Assembly: GCA_002633005.1 (NCBI GenBank) | Contig: NMRA01000107.1 | Span: 787,169 to 851,168, forward strand | DNA from: Phoronis australis | Taxonomy: Eukaryota; Animalia; Phoronida | Direction: 5' to 3' | Length of the DNA stretch: 64,000 bases | Part shown: piece after piece, positions 1-13,900 of the stretch | Layout of the letters: every line of letters begins with the position of its first letter | Numbering within the stretch: the stretch's first letter is position 1 | Program-made: the position numbers and the translations under genes | Notes under the pieces: model-generated | Seen by the model: the letters and a program-made list of their open reading frames with translations, nothing else | Database searches by the model: none | What the model was told of the DNA's origin: nothing

Positions 1-3000
1 TACAATTCCACGATGATGGCTGGTGGCCATCTTAGATTTATCGATGACGTAAGCAAATTTCATTTTGCCATACAATGGTGTGCCTGAAACACTCCAAAAC
101 TGGTCTAAATTTGTGTTTGAGGATGCCCTGACATATTTGAGCTCACTGTATTTCGAATGAAACATGTGCAGCATAATGTGAGCTTGACCTTGACCTTTTC
201 GCGTAACCATGACCTCCAATTACAAAAATAAAATCAAAATCGATTTTCCGGAATAAGGCGTGACCAATTAATCAAATTACGGGAAGGTGTAACTAATCGA
301 AAAAAATGCCAGGGATAATCAATGAACCGTAATTTTACTAAAAGTGGCCTGCAAAAAGATTGCATTCTCCTTTAAGCACGTGTTTGATGTGTGCTTTACT
401 GCTGTGATGGCAAATGCATTGATTTCACGAAACGGAGCAATTGTGAATCACAGGTAATGAATGTAGGGAAACTTTTAGAAATTTAAAGTTTGGAAGTAAA
501 AACGAACTTTGAAACAAATTATTGTCCAACTTTGATACTCGCAGTGGCGACTTGATTTTTCCCAAGTCACCAAATAGAGCGCTTTGTTTTGCAATTTTAA
601 TAAAATATCTGCCACACTATGTCGTAAACTGATGGTTTTGAAGACAACGTGGTTCTTTGACCAGTAAGACCAGTTACCTTAGCAGTACGTCCGTAGTGTG
701 TTGCATGGGGTTGGTCATGAAAGAGCCATTTGGCTAGAGTTCATTTCCATCAGTTGTTATTCGAAGTAGCATTAGGTAGTCTCTGCTAGAATGACTTGCC
801 GCCTAAAATCGACATGGTAGCCTACTTATATATAGAGGTTTTGTCAACTGTGCACAGCGTGTTGTACAAAACATTCACCCAGTAACATCCCAGGGACCCT
901 TTTGGCTTCCAGGGAGTGGATATTTTCATTTTAGTTTGAAAAAATCTTTTTCTCAGGCTCTCAAGTTAATTAAAACTGATACCAACCTGTGTTGATGGAT
1001 TTGGTATTGATGTTTTTGTTCCCAATGAAACTGGGAACGATTTCGGGCTGGAGAAGAAATGTTATAGATGAAGACCAGATGCGAGTTCCAATAAACTGAC
1101 TTAAAATCAATTTTAACTCAAGTCTAACATTTGTCTTAACTTTCAAACTTTGAAACTTCCACGTCGGAAATTTAGTCAAAATTAAACAAAACGTAAATAA
1201 GAAACTTAAGACCTCTTTATTGAAATGGACCTGAGACAAATTTAAATTTTTAAGATTTGTCTCAGCTAAGTCAGTTTTCTTGAAACGGGCCCCAGGCTCA
1301 CCTAGCCACACAAATAAGGCTTCTGTCTGCTCAACCATGCCATATAAAGTAGCAACCAGTATTCTCTTCACATGTCGGAACCATGAGTCAGGACATATTT
1401 TTATGTGCCCAGGCTCAGAAAGTCGTTTCTGAACCCGGCTGCGTGAGCTCAACTTTCTAAAGAGATCTACAATATTAGTTCGTCGCATGCCCAGAAAACA
1501 CTTTCAAACTGATATTGGGAGCAAGTTTATGAATCTAAGAGATTTTAAGCAAGAATTTGTGTTGTGGCAAAAATGGGATTACAACACCTTTTACACCTCA
1601 GCCAAGTTCTTGGTAGACCCGTCACACCCTGTCATCGTGAATAAAACAAACAATTTGGTCACAATCCACTGAAGTTTATTATACGATTTCCATCAATTTA
1701 GATGCCATCCATTGAAATGCACCAGTGACTTCAACGACAAGAGCGAGTTTCCGAAAGGTTTGTGACAAATACTTATCAGGTCATATGTTTGTAAATTATA
1801 CATTTATATCAATTCATTACGAATAGGGTAGTTCTCTTCCTAGATTAGTGTTTCGTATTTCCAATTTTGACTTAATAAACAATCAACGACAAAGGGCAGC
1901 ACGGTAATTGCCGAGCGATCACACAATACCATGCTCTTCAACCGTCAATCATTCCCGTGTTGAGGGACAAAAACATAAGAGGCCTGATTCTAATCTCCCA
2001 TCTTGAATTGAAACTCAAAATTGTGTTTTCATTCTTTTTGTTTTGCCTTAACACGAGTTTATACTAAGTTAAAATATATGAATACGTGTGTTTTTATTCC
2101 GATAACGCATCGCACCGCTTGCGTGTGTTATGAGCAATGCATTTCCATATGTACGTTGTATAAACATTTTCTGTCCGGCATGACGTTGCCCTACCGGAAC
2201 AACGACGCACCTTTCGGATCACGTGGTTTTGCACATGCGTAAATAATTTTAGCTTAAAGTACAACGGAAGTCAAGAAGTGTTTAATATTTTTTTGCTTTC
2301 ATGGGGTGACAATCAGAAGATTCGAAAGCAAAAATTGTCACCATTGAATGGATTTATGTTATACCCACTTCGAATTCTTCGGAAGGTCAAACTGATGTCT
2401 ATTTCAAGGTTTGTTAGGCAGGACTGTGTGCAACAATAACTTTCAGTCACGAATTTAGAAATGAACACGTATAACAATAAGTTGTTCAAATATTCTGTGA
2501 TGATTTCCTTAAACGAGGTATGAGTGTTGCTTCTAAAGGACATGGTGTCACGGCGACTTTCCGGTGTAGATTACTTCAAGGATTCGTGAACTGCGGTAGC
2601 TTTGCATAATGGATCACTTCCCTGAAAATACAATGCTGTTGTTCAAAGTCATGCCAACAATTACACAGGGAAAATAGTGCCTTTTCGTTGACCAGTACCC
2701 TTTACTACGCCTCGCATAGCAATTACAGACATCCAAAGATTTCGAAGTCCAAAGTATCAAATGTAGCACTGTTGAGAAAACTAAGCTTTTCCAAACGCGA
2801 CTAATTTTGTTTTATCAGTCAATCAGGCATCTAACTAAATAGCAAACCTGGCAGTTATCCAGCATACAGTACCAAACGATTGACCTAATCAGTGCGATGG
2901 TCAAGTCACGAAGCGAACTAGATATCCATTTAAACATCAAGTTGAACACCCATCTAAAGCTCTTTAACGGGGTATGATTACAAGCAAGCATGCCAGGCAA

Positions 3001-6000
3001 CTAACTAGCCTGCAAGTTACCCAGCCAGTCCGTATATCTAACTTCCTAGTGCGTGTGAGTAAGAAAACTATTTCTCAAATGACCTGGAATGTGTTACAAC
3101 ATGACTGGTTATAAAGGCCGAGTATGTAGTTTTTTGATATTATATGGGCAAATCACAAAAGTAGTGCAAAGTAGAAATCCATGCGCCTTACATTTCATCA
3201 GCTGTAAAACACTAAAACAACCAAACGCACGGCAACCAAGCAATGCCAGAATTCCGAGAAGGTGACAAGGTTATGATTGACAAATCGGGTGTCACAACAT
3301 GCAGACAACTTCTTAAACGGACCCATCTTCGGCGGTGAATTCCATATCCACGTTCTTTCAACCTGATCCCTTGCCAAGCCTCGGGATTTTGACGGAATTT
3401 CCAAGAGGTTTTGCCCGTGTCATAAACCTGAGACGAGTTCAGGATCTTCTATGCAGCAGTGATGTTTTGAGACAATGTATCACAGTTGTTTAAATGGCAA
3501 TGTTACTTTTTCACCTTTTGAAACATTTACCGGAAATAAAATGTACCACAGACCCAAAGTATATTCAGTTTTGACAACGTACGCCCCATTAGATAAGCCG
3601 TGTCTTTTAATTAAATTGTGCAAATGTGTGTTAAGTTTCCTCTCGACACTTCTAGCTTTACAACATATTATTATCCACCCTCAGCCTACCACCAAGAATC
3701 GGGTGCTTCTAAGCATATTTTTCAGGTTTTGATATACAGTCCTATCTGCGCTCAGTGTGTTTGGCCAAAATGAAAAGTTACATCCCATACCGCCGTTTTC
3801 GTCATCGTCGTCGTATTAACGTTATACGAAGTCGACAACCCCCAAAGTTTACTGTGGTCGTCATTGCTTGAAGCAACATGTATGTATTTATCTGTTGCCT
3901 GGGCAAAGTACTCTTCGGGATACGACTCAAAATTAAGTTCCGTCAGTCCAACTTTTTATAGTTATCTCCCATAGTTTGGAGATATCCTACATCAACTCAA
4001 TGATATGACGTGACTTGCAAGTTGTTGCAAGGGCGCGTTGCGAAAGGCTGGTTACTTTGGCGATATCACAAAAGTTTTTGCGAGATATCCCACGTGAAAT
4101 CGGTTTAACTTGCATACAGGTAAAGCGGAAATCAAATTAGACCTTCTATTTACATAAAACCTATCGCATAATGTTCCTTAATGTGTTTGAAATCTTTTTC
4201 TGTTCCCAACTGAAGCCGCTGGTAATTCGTACATATACATGAACCATTTTTAACTCGCAATTTTAAGGTTGACCAACCCCAACAAATTCTGGATCGTTTT
4301 ATTGACTCACTTAGGACTTCGGTTCTCTTGTTGCTAACGGCACTGGAATATTACCACAGTAAGGGAAATGTCAGAAGTTGACTATGGGTTTAGTTTACAA
4401 GATAGTTATGCTTTTTGATTGTGCGTGGATGGAGAGAGAGAGAGAGTGATTAAAGTAATTAATTTATTTTACAATTAATGTAAAAGAAACCCTAATTAAG
4501 TACACTAACAAAGAAGAAAAATAACAACGATAGCACCCTCTATAAAATTACTTCGATCTACTATAAATGATCAAACGTCTCATCTGCTATCCAAGCTGTA
4601 GGACTCGATCGTTGAATGACAGTCCTGCTGGTCGGTCTTCAAACTAACACACACTGTACTGAGACATTGTACTTGCTTGTTACAGAACTTCGTAACGCAA
4701 AAGTTTCAGGCATTATCTTGCTACCCACGATTCTTCTTGCTATTCAAAGTCTCTCGTGATGCAACCCTTGCAGGCAGTATCTTACTATCCACGATGCAAG
4801 GACAAGCTCTTAGTTAATTTTCTGTTCGTTAACACTTACATTTGCCATGATCCTCTTTGGAATCTTCCACGAGATGGCTCTGTCGCACTATTTCTTCAGT
4901 ACACTGTAGTCAGACCTACAGCTTCAACTACCAAATTCCATCTGACTATTTTCCAGACTTCTGCCCATATTATAATAATGCACTTACTTAACAATTGGTT
5001 AATATAAACCAAATGATCTTGTCTAATCATATCATTGGCTGTTACGATCCGTCTAGAATCTTAAGAGTGCATTGAACCCAGAAACAGAGTGGTAAACATC
5101 AGATGTTGACGTCAAAAATATATGTAAACAACTTTGCCTCAGGGTTTTAAAAGTGCATTAGCACAAAGCCCAAATTTTGGAGTGAAACCATAGTACGATT
5201 TTAACTTTAGATGTTTATACAGCTAAACAGAGTGAAAAACCTATGTCGGATTATCTAATCCCGGGAAACACTTGTCCTGCTTACATCAGTCTGACCAAAA
5301 ATGTCTAAAAATATTCAATTTTGGTCTTCTGCTCAAACATTGTGTTCAAGGTAAGTCTCATTTCAGCCGAATGTGAGGCATATTTACCAAAAACAAGTTT
5401 TAAATAGCAACGTTCAGCTTCCATATGAGCAGTGAAGCGAACTTTAAAATCTTTTGCAAAGCAAAGACTAGTGTGTGATCAATAAAAGGAGTAATGACTA
5501 CTTACATCTTTATGCGTATTTGCAAGATTGACAACACCACCGTCCAACATCAGCTCTTTTGCACAAAAAGTTGAAAAACCATACCAAGTCATTGCATGTG
5601 TAGTAGTAGTTACTGTAGTAGATATGACTATACATGTTTATGCAAGCGCCACCTGAAGATAAATAAAGCCCAAGTGTCAATCAATGGATTTTGTAAAAGT
5701 CGACTAATATTGTCAACCTAACTAATAATATTTTTTTACATTGAACAGGAGAATCTTATGAGTCACCTAAAATTCACTGGATCGCTCTGGTGCAGCAAGA
5801 ACCGGCGTCAACTCTGGTGTCAGTGGATGATGAAGGTTATTACTAAAAACAAGTGGGGGCTAAACTGAAATGTGCCGCCTTGTCATTGTGTGAAAGAGAA
5901 TGAGACACAGCAAAAACTGAGAAACTTTGGTTATAGTTACAGCTTCACGAGCCGTCGACTCAATCGGTTTGGTTTCTGTTACTTGAACGGATAAGAGTCT

Positions 6001-7096
6001 TCCACCTCGCTCTACAGAGGTCGCTATTGCATCGCACGTTAATCCAGTCCTACCCACGGATGGCACTCATTTTTATAAGTGCGTCACCTGGAGAGACGGA
6101 GTTTAATTGGCACTCCTACTCCAGCAACCAGGGATTGAACTCTGAGTTGATTTGGTTGAGATCCCACACTATATTGAGATACATGTATTAATGTTGCTTT
6201 AGACAAAGATTCCTCGTGACTATATGGTTAACACGATAAGGTACAGTAGTTTTCAAAATAAAGTACACAGACTTTGACAGAAGTACGTCAGACTATGGAA
6301 AACAAGAACAATTTTTTGTCAGAGCTATTTGACAATATTGCCGAACATTAATCATATTAAAATGGTTTTTGTCGGAGCTTTATAGTCAGAGTTTGACGTG
6401 ACGTTATTACGCCTAGCCGCTCCTTATTTATTTACGATTAGACTTGCCAAGGCAAGGTGTCGCGATTTCAAAAAAAGGCGACGAACCATTTCTAATGAGA
6501 ACTTTGCGGAATTGAAACGAGTTCCAGGAAAAATATTTGGATATTTAGTGGCGGTTTTGTAGGCGGAAACTTGATCAAATTTCGATGCTGTCCAGTTTAT
6601 TTCGAAAGCTACCGCTAGCAAATATTCGCTTAGTGAATGTGGAATTAAAAGAATTCACACATGTAAAGGTGAACTGGGTGTTAATGTCACCAGCGCCAAT
6701 ATGACTTCCACACTGTGTATGCCCTTCCTCAACCCATAATCTGGCTCTGCATTCAGGATTTGGCCACATTTGTTTCACAATCAACGAAGGAGCAACCCAT
6801 TTCTAGCATTCGGATCATACAACCGCGTGAGAAACTTAACCAAAGTTATTTTTTCACTTACCACTAGTAGTCGTTGGAAAATTGGCACTGGTCGTTGGAG
6901 GAGCCGTTGTAACCGCACTCGTGGAAGCTGAAAAAAAAGCATGCACTTCGTATTAATGAATAAGTTCGAGTACCTCGAACAAGGAAGAATCTTTTTTATC
7001 CTGTGTAAAAAATAGTTTTCTATAGCTATCTTACCATTATTTTCGTATATCATTACTTGATCGTACAAAATTATCTCAACCAAATTCTAGTTTTCT

Positions 7097-8815
7097 AACT
7101 TATCAGATTTACCTCGAACCATCGCATCAGCAAAATATTGTCCAAGATAAAATGAAATTTAAATTCAATTAAATGTACTTATCAGAGAATATTTTTCACA
7201 TTTTTTTCTGTGCATACCATCACCGATCTAATTATTCACGGTTTTCTTTGCGTTATAGCTCTTTGTTCCATCTGCAGGGTTCACTGAACATCATTAAATT
7301 GTCCGCAATCACAAGATTGAGTCGTGTTTCTGGTTTGTCTGCAAAATTTGTTTTCCCGCCTCCAGTTTAATGTATTTTACACTGGCAAAATTTTACACCA
7401 TCTCTCCATGCTATACCTTAGAGTCTTTATTTCGTGCATGTTTGAGGCGTTTTTTGTCACCCATCTTTGATATGTTACAAAAAAGTTATATATACATATT
7501 ACACTGTTATTTTTGTGCATTTGTTATTTTTGTACATTATTACTTTATCTTACAATGAATATCTCAACCACTTTCTAGTTTTCTAACTTATCAAACTTAG
7601 TTCTAACCATCGCATAAGCAAATTGTTGCCCTAGAAACACAAAAACACACGCATACATTTGTGTGTGTGTGTTTTTAGTGTGTGTATTTATCCCAAACAC
7701 GTTGAATCTGTCGAGGGAAATACGGCCATGTAATAAAGTTTTCCGTATTCACATCCCGCACTACTTCAACAGTTCAAAAGGTGAGTCAATGTCGACTCGA
7801 CGTCTTCAGCCGGTTCGATCATCAAACTTTCCGATTATAGTTTAAAGTAATACAGTTGCAGCAGTGTAACTAACACTCGACATACATGTACAACCAGGCC
7901 CTAAACGTAAAATCTGGAACAAAACTTTTAATTATACGACACCTCTGTCTCAGTTTTCAATTGCTGAATACTATATCGTCTACAACTCAGGCGCCGATTC
8001 CTAAGAAATTACAATAGGCCTATCAAATATTGTTGTTATTTAACTATTTCCAGGAGATGTTACAAGTTCACTGAAAGTTGTCGTTGTTTACATCTTTTAT
8101 ACCTCTTTTCAAGAAATAAATCGTTACTTTAAAAACTTTCTTTTACAAGAGAAAATTTGCAACCTAACGTGCAGGTACATACTGTACATATAGGATGTGA
8201 TCCGCCATGTGAAAAGTGTCAGTGAAGTATGAATTAAGAAATCTGCCGAAAAAATGAAAGATACTTGGGAATTCGAAGCGCATGGTTTAAATACAAAACG
8301 TACCTCGATTGGCGTACATGAAGTAATATTCCAGTCTACCTTATTCCACATACCGACCGAGACTGAAAATAATGTCTCGTGAGATCACTTCATGTACGCC
8401 ACTATAGGTACGTTTTGTGAAAATATATAACACTATAATTTGGCAGTAATCTTTCTCGTATACATATTTCATTGAAGACACGATTTTGATCTGTTTTTAC
8501 TAGTTTAATTTCAGTTCTCTCTCCATGGAGATATTGTCTTTACGTCACAACAGTGCAATAAAAATCCAAACTACATCAGTTGATAACATATTGGCGAAGT
8601 CGTTATCCCCAGTTATCTAGAGCCCGAGTGGATTACGGAGAATTATCGACCGAGAGGCGTTAGCGCCGAGGATGAATAATTAGATCGGTGATGGTATGCA
8701 CAGAAAAAAATGTGGAAAATATTCTCTGATAAGTACATTTAATTGAAATTAAATTTCATTTTATCTTGGACAATATTTTGCTGATGCGATGGTTCGCGGT
8801 AAATCTGATAAGTTA
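7097..8815. repeat. ~140-bp inverted repeat pair (7097-7238 and 8674-8815)
   Basis: Near-perfect reverse complements separated by ~1.4 kb. Confidence 0.9.
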
Positions 8816-8902
8816 TGCCACAATATTAGCGTGGAATGGCCAATAAAACCGTGTAATAACCCATTTAGTTATCTCAATAGTGAGATAACATTTTAGCGGG
8901 AA

Positions 8903-8971
8903 ACCGAGGCCGGTTTCGAACCCGGGCCTCAAAAGTTTCGAGTCGCCGACTTCACCACTACACCACTCAGC
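8903..8971 (-). repeat. tRNA-derived sequence inside a dispersed repeat (not a functional tRNA)
   Basis: A box TGGTGTAGTGG, B box GGTTCGAAACC; anticodon stem does not pair; second copy at 33378-33446. Confidence 0.75.
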
Positions 8972-9090
8972 GGCTGACGTCATCGAACGCCAAAATATAA
9001 TACTTAAATGAGCACGCGCAACAATCGCATGTTCAGCAAAAGGCATTGTACCGACCACAGGCGCTTGGGTTTATCGCAAATGACGTCACT

Positions 9091-9095
<5 letters not shown>

Positions 9096-9165
<70 letters not shown>
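9096..9165. repeat. (TA)n microsatellite ending at an N (9166)
   Basis: Direct reading. Confidence 0.98.
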
Positions 9166-9643
9166 NTTTGTACATGATAATGGTGTTCAACATTTGAGAC
9201 AAACCGATTAACGTGCTTATCCACAAATGCATATGTGTAACCATTATTTTTAGAAGTTGTTTTACATGTTGGACTTCACTAATGAACAGGTTCCAGGGTG
9301 ACGAAATAGTGTGAGCTCTCTTTAATAGATTGACTAAAACAACTATCATATGACGCTCAGGACAGTCACTATCAGCATGGAGACAAATACCTTTGTCAGT
9401 AAGCTTGATGCTTATATTTTATTTGTCATTTCTGATTTGCGTTTCACTGTGAACTAATTGTCAAGAGTAGCCTGAAGATGAGATATGTGTCTCGAAATAT
9501 CGCTTTTTAAATTATGTTACCTACTGATATCGTTTGGATGTTTATTGTACTGTTGTGATGTAAAGACAGGATCTGTATTTAGAGAGTTTGAAAGAAATGA
9601 AATTGAACTAGTAAAAATTGATCAAAGTCGTGTCTTCAACGGA

Positions 9644-9686
9644 ACACACACACACACACACACTTACACACTTACAAACACACACA

Positions 9687-9725
<39 letters not shown>

Positions 9726-9755
9726 GTGTGTGTGTGTATGTATGTAAGTAAGCAT

Positions 9756-9819
<64 letters not shown>

Positions 9820-10032
9820 GTGTGTGTGTATGTATGTAAGTATGCATGCATCCATATATATATGTGTGTGTGAGTGTGTGTGTGTGTGTAAGTGTGTGTG
9901 TGTGTATGAATGTATGAATGTATGTATGTATGTATGCATGCATGCATGCATCCATGTACATGTATGTATATGTGTGTGTAAACAAACACACGCAGGCACG
10001 CACGCACGCACAAACACAAACACAAACACGCA
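9644..10032. repeat. Compound (CA)n/(TG)n/(TATG)n microsatellite
   Basis: Direct reading; explains the stacked low-complexity ORFs. Confidence 0.98.
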
Positions 10033-10879
10033 AACGCTATTATGCTTTACTTGGAAGCTCCGTACCCAGTAGCTCAGACACCAAATTTCATGCATCGAGT
10101 TTCAGATAGAACGCATTATGTATGTACAGTTGTAGTTGTATGATTTCGCAGCATTTGGCACAAAGCCAAACATCTGGCACTGTGGTGGCACGCGCATGCC
10201 CGTAGCCAGCATTTCGTGGGGAGTGGTTCGAATTTCTAGAATGGTGGACCTGTGATATTTTGCAAGCGTCGACACTGCAGAGCTTTCGGTAAGGCAATAG
10301 ACGCAGCTCAATTACAAGGAAGAGATATCTGTATAGACAGCCATGACTATCAACTCTATGTTCCTGAGATGAGACGGAAGTCGTAATACCGGAAATGAGA
10401 ATACCGTGATGATTGCACTCAAAGAACGGGACTCAATTTCGGATGTACTGTGGTATAAAAAGAGAACGTTCTAGCGTTAACTACAGCCAAACTTTCAAAT
10501 CAGGCAAGCTTAAATGAGCAATTACACCTCATTACATACTCGGATGGAAATTATGTAGTCGGAAAATGACTTGACGAAAATTTTATCTGGTTGTAGTTTG
10601 GCGTGTTGCTTAAGTTGCTTACATCGCTGAAAATGGGAACTGCCCACTATTTCGAAAGTTCACTTCGTCGAAGGGTCTGTACTTCTGTTATAAGATGTTC
10701 TAACGAAATTAATGCCCAGGTACCAAAACACTTTGTTTGGACTTCACGCGCACGCGAAATTGCCCGCATGTTTTACGAGCGCAAAATGAGTACGTAATTG
10801 TATTTTTAAAAGAATAGAACTATGAATACTGATGAATTATCAACTACGATGCATTCATCAAATCCATTTCAAGATCGCA

Positions 10880-10962
10880 TCATTTTTCAGAGCGACTGAA
10901 AAGTTTAGGTCCGCTGCCCTTCAACTTCACCCACCGCAACCACGCGTACGGACTGGTCAAAA
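10880..10962 (-). CDS. Candidate terminal coding exon (LLTSPYAWLRWVKLKGSGPKLFSRSEK*)
   Basis: tactaac-tattttcag acceptor, phase 1 compatible, TGA at 10882-10880; no homology support, and alternatives exist near 10.1-10.45 kb. Confidence 0.45.
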
Positions 10963-13900
10963 CTGAAAATAGTTAGTAGGCTATTCTGTCCCTGCCTGTC
11001 TTCACGAAGTCAGAGAGTCACATTTAGTCTCCTTGAATTTAAAACAGACAAATTCGTAATTATAATAACTTAATTATTATTGTAGTTAGTAGTACCAGTA
11101 GTTGCAACAATGTTGGTGTTGTCCATCTATATTCTGTCTTTTACGGATATGCTGGGGCTGTGCCTTTCCCGTGGGGAGGGGGAGTTCCATCGAATCAACC
11201 GAACCCCACTTGCTACGGGCCTGAAGCGGGACGAATCTTCAGCAAGCGGAACTGACCTATCGCCACGATTTTGAGTGGCGACTTAACTGACCAATCAGAC
11301 CGCAACATTCTTGACACATCCTCGTTCTCAAGCCGCCATTTTAGCCAAAAAACAACACATTGCGTGTTAAATTTATTGTTTGATTGTCGGGTGTCACGTG
11401 ACTTTTCGCAAGGTGGCGGAGCTTGCGATAGGTCCTCCAAACATCAATGTCAGAATGGAGTTAATCAGTCGTGTACGATATTGGCTACAGGGATGATCTT
11501 CCCAACTTGTTGTTGGGCTATGGAATCGAACAAGTTGGGAACAACGGGAAAACGCCGTATTGAGTAAACATATACACCGAAACTATGCTATAAATGTTTA
11601 GCTATCACAAATAGTAACTTAAAAGATGGAAAATAGCGAATATACTTACGCGGTGTGGTGGTTTTGCACGACTGGCAACACCACCGGGATACATCATCTC
11701 TCTTGCACAAAAAATTGAAAGAGGAAGCCAGCTCTTGACAGGTGTACAACCTGTTTAGGTACTTGATGTGTTGGTACATGTTAATGCAAACATCTGAAGA
11801 GACACAGGACACTTTACTAGATAAAAGTTCCGGATAGCAAAAATACCTGGCAACAAGGGCAAAAAAGGTACATGTATTATTTAGTGAAATCAAGCATTTA
11901 TCTACTTGTGAATATCAGTATCATATTTGAGAAAAAGAATGTCAGTCTGTAAAGCACAATCTACATATAGGTTATTAACCTATGGGACATTTGCCCATTA
12001 CTGGTTCTGAATTTGGAGCCTTCTACCCATTGAATTTTGGGAACCTAGTCCCTGTGAACTCACAGCCAAGCATGACCTTGTATTCGAAGCACATGTTGTA
12101 CAGCCGGAAGGTGCTGAAGCTCGAGGACAAAAATGGATTAATGTTCATTCCGAAAAGTGATCCTAAAGACTTTAAATACGAATACAAGTTTTTCTCCGTA
12201 ATCGATTAAATTTATAAGAAACCACACAACTACGTAAGCATGTTCACTGACAGAAAGTACATGTTAGAGATTGAATGGATGCCTCACGTTCACGTAAGAG
12301 ACAAGGTGAGATTGTAGGTCACTACCAATTATGGAAAGTGCTCACTCAAGTGTTATAGTTGTTGACGGCAATTGTGTCTACGGTGCACGTGATTACACAA
12401 ATCTACTTACCTTTGATGTTTCTGGCTACACAGATATTGCGTCGTTTGAGATACACATGATGGTGATTTACACCATAGAAATAACAAATAGTATATTTTA
12501 GGGTATACAGCTTTTTAAATCGAGGTTGAAAACTTACCAGATTTCGTGGTTCGTGGGGAAATTGACGGCGTGTTCGATGTGGCAATCGGGCTCGCTGATG
12601 CTGAAAAATACAGGTATTATCACAAATTTCCTTCAGGGACAGAAGGTTCAAAGCTTACCAGTTTCCGTTTGTCGAAATGCTCGGAGAAACACATATAATA
12701 TTTTGAAAAGTTTGCAGAGGTTACAATTTACAAAATAATGATGACGTCACTACTTAGACAGCAAGTGGCTTTGCACCACTGGCAACATCAGCGGTAAACA
12801 TCATCCCTATTGTAGAAACAATTGAAAGAGGACGCCAGTTGTCAACAACTGTAAAGCCTGCCCAGGTACTTGATGTATTTAATATATTTGAGAAAAATGA
12901 TGTTATTTTGTAGAGCACAATCTACATAATCATATGAGACAAGTGCAAGTTGTTTGTTCTGAATTTGTAGACTTCGAACCATCAAATTGTGGGAACGTAG
13001 AGTCTGCGAACTCAGAGCCGAGCACGACCCTCTATTTGATGCATATGTTGTACAGCCGTTAAGGGGCTGAATTTTGAATTAAAAAAAGAAACTAATGTTT
13101 AGTCGTACAAGAAATCATCAGGACTTTAAATACGAATACAACTTTTTGCTCCAAAATCGATGGAATTGATATGAAACCACACAACTTCGTAAACATGCTC
13201 ACTGGTCGATCATACATGCAGGCGATTGATTGGGTGCTTGACGTTCATGTCGATAACAAGAAGAGATTGTGGGTTAGTGCCGAATATGTTAAGCGGTCTC
13301 TCCAGCGACTTATTTGCTGATGGCAATTGTGTCTACGGTGAACGTCATCAAATACATGTTCAAAGTTTCTGGTGTTAGAAGGATTGACTCCTTTTTAGAA
13401 GTGTCGGAGCTGTCAATACGACGTTGGTGACATTCATTAAATAAGCAAGGTACACATTAGGAGTGAAACCAATCAGAGGTGTCAGTTGAGAATCAGGAGC
13501 GAAGAAGATATATGTGAGATTTGTCGGAGATAGATCATTTGTCGCTTAAAGCATTGAGGTAGACATCGAAACTGTACTCTTACTGTTTAGCTACCATAAG
13601 TAGTGTCTTGACAAGATGGCAAGTAGCGAATATTTACTCGATATCGTGGCTTTGCAGGACTGGCAACACCAGCGGGAAACATCATCTCTCTTGCACAAAA
13701 AATTGAAAGAGGAAGCCAGCTCTTGACAGGTGTACAACCTGTTCAGGTACTTGATGTGTTGATACATGTTGATGCAAGCATCTGAAGAGACACAGGAAAC
13801 TTTAATAGATAAAAAGCTCCGGGTAGCAAAAATACCTGACAGCAAGGGCAAAACTTTACATGTATTGCTTATCAAAATCAAACATTTATCTACATGTAAA

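Noticed and set aside
970-1488. 172-aa minus-strand ORF
   Set aside because: No recognisable domain; overlaps a Harbinger-like MITE end (ttcttgaaacgggccc at ~1277-1292)
2317-5846. Possible plus-strand exons (2317-2408 DSKAKIVTIEWIYV...; 5749-5846 ESYESPKIHWIALV...*)
   Set aside because: Could not be linked into a phase-consistent model or a known domain
8903-8971. Functional tRNA gene
   Set aside because: Anticodon stem cannot pair and the sequence sits in a dispersed repeat
9008-10109. Stack of ORFs rich in YI, HT and CV dipeptides
   Set aside because: Translations of microsatellites
10102-10448. Alternative terminal exons for the protease
   Set aside because: Several phase-1 acceptors are possible but none beats 10962; unresolved without cDNA
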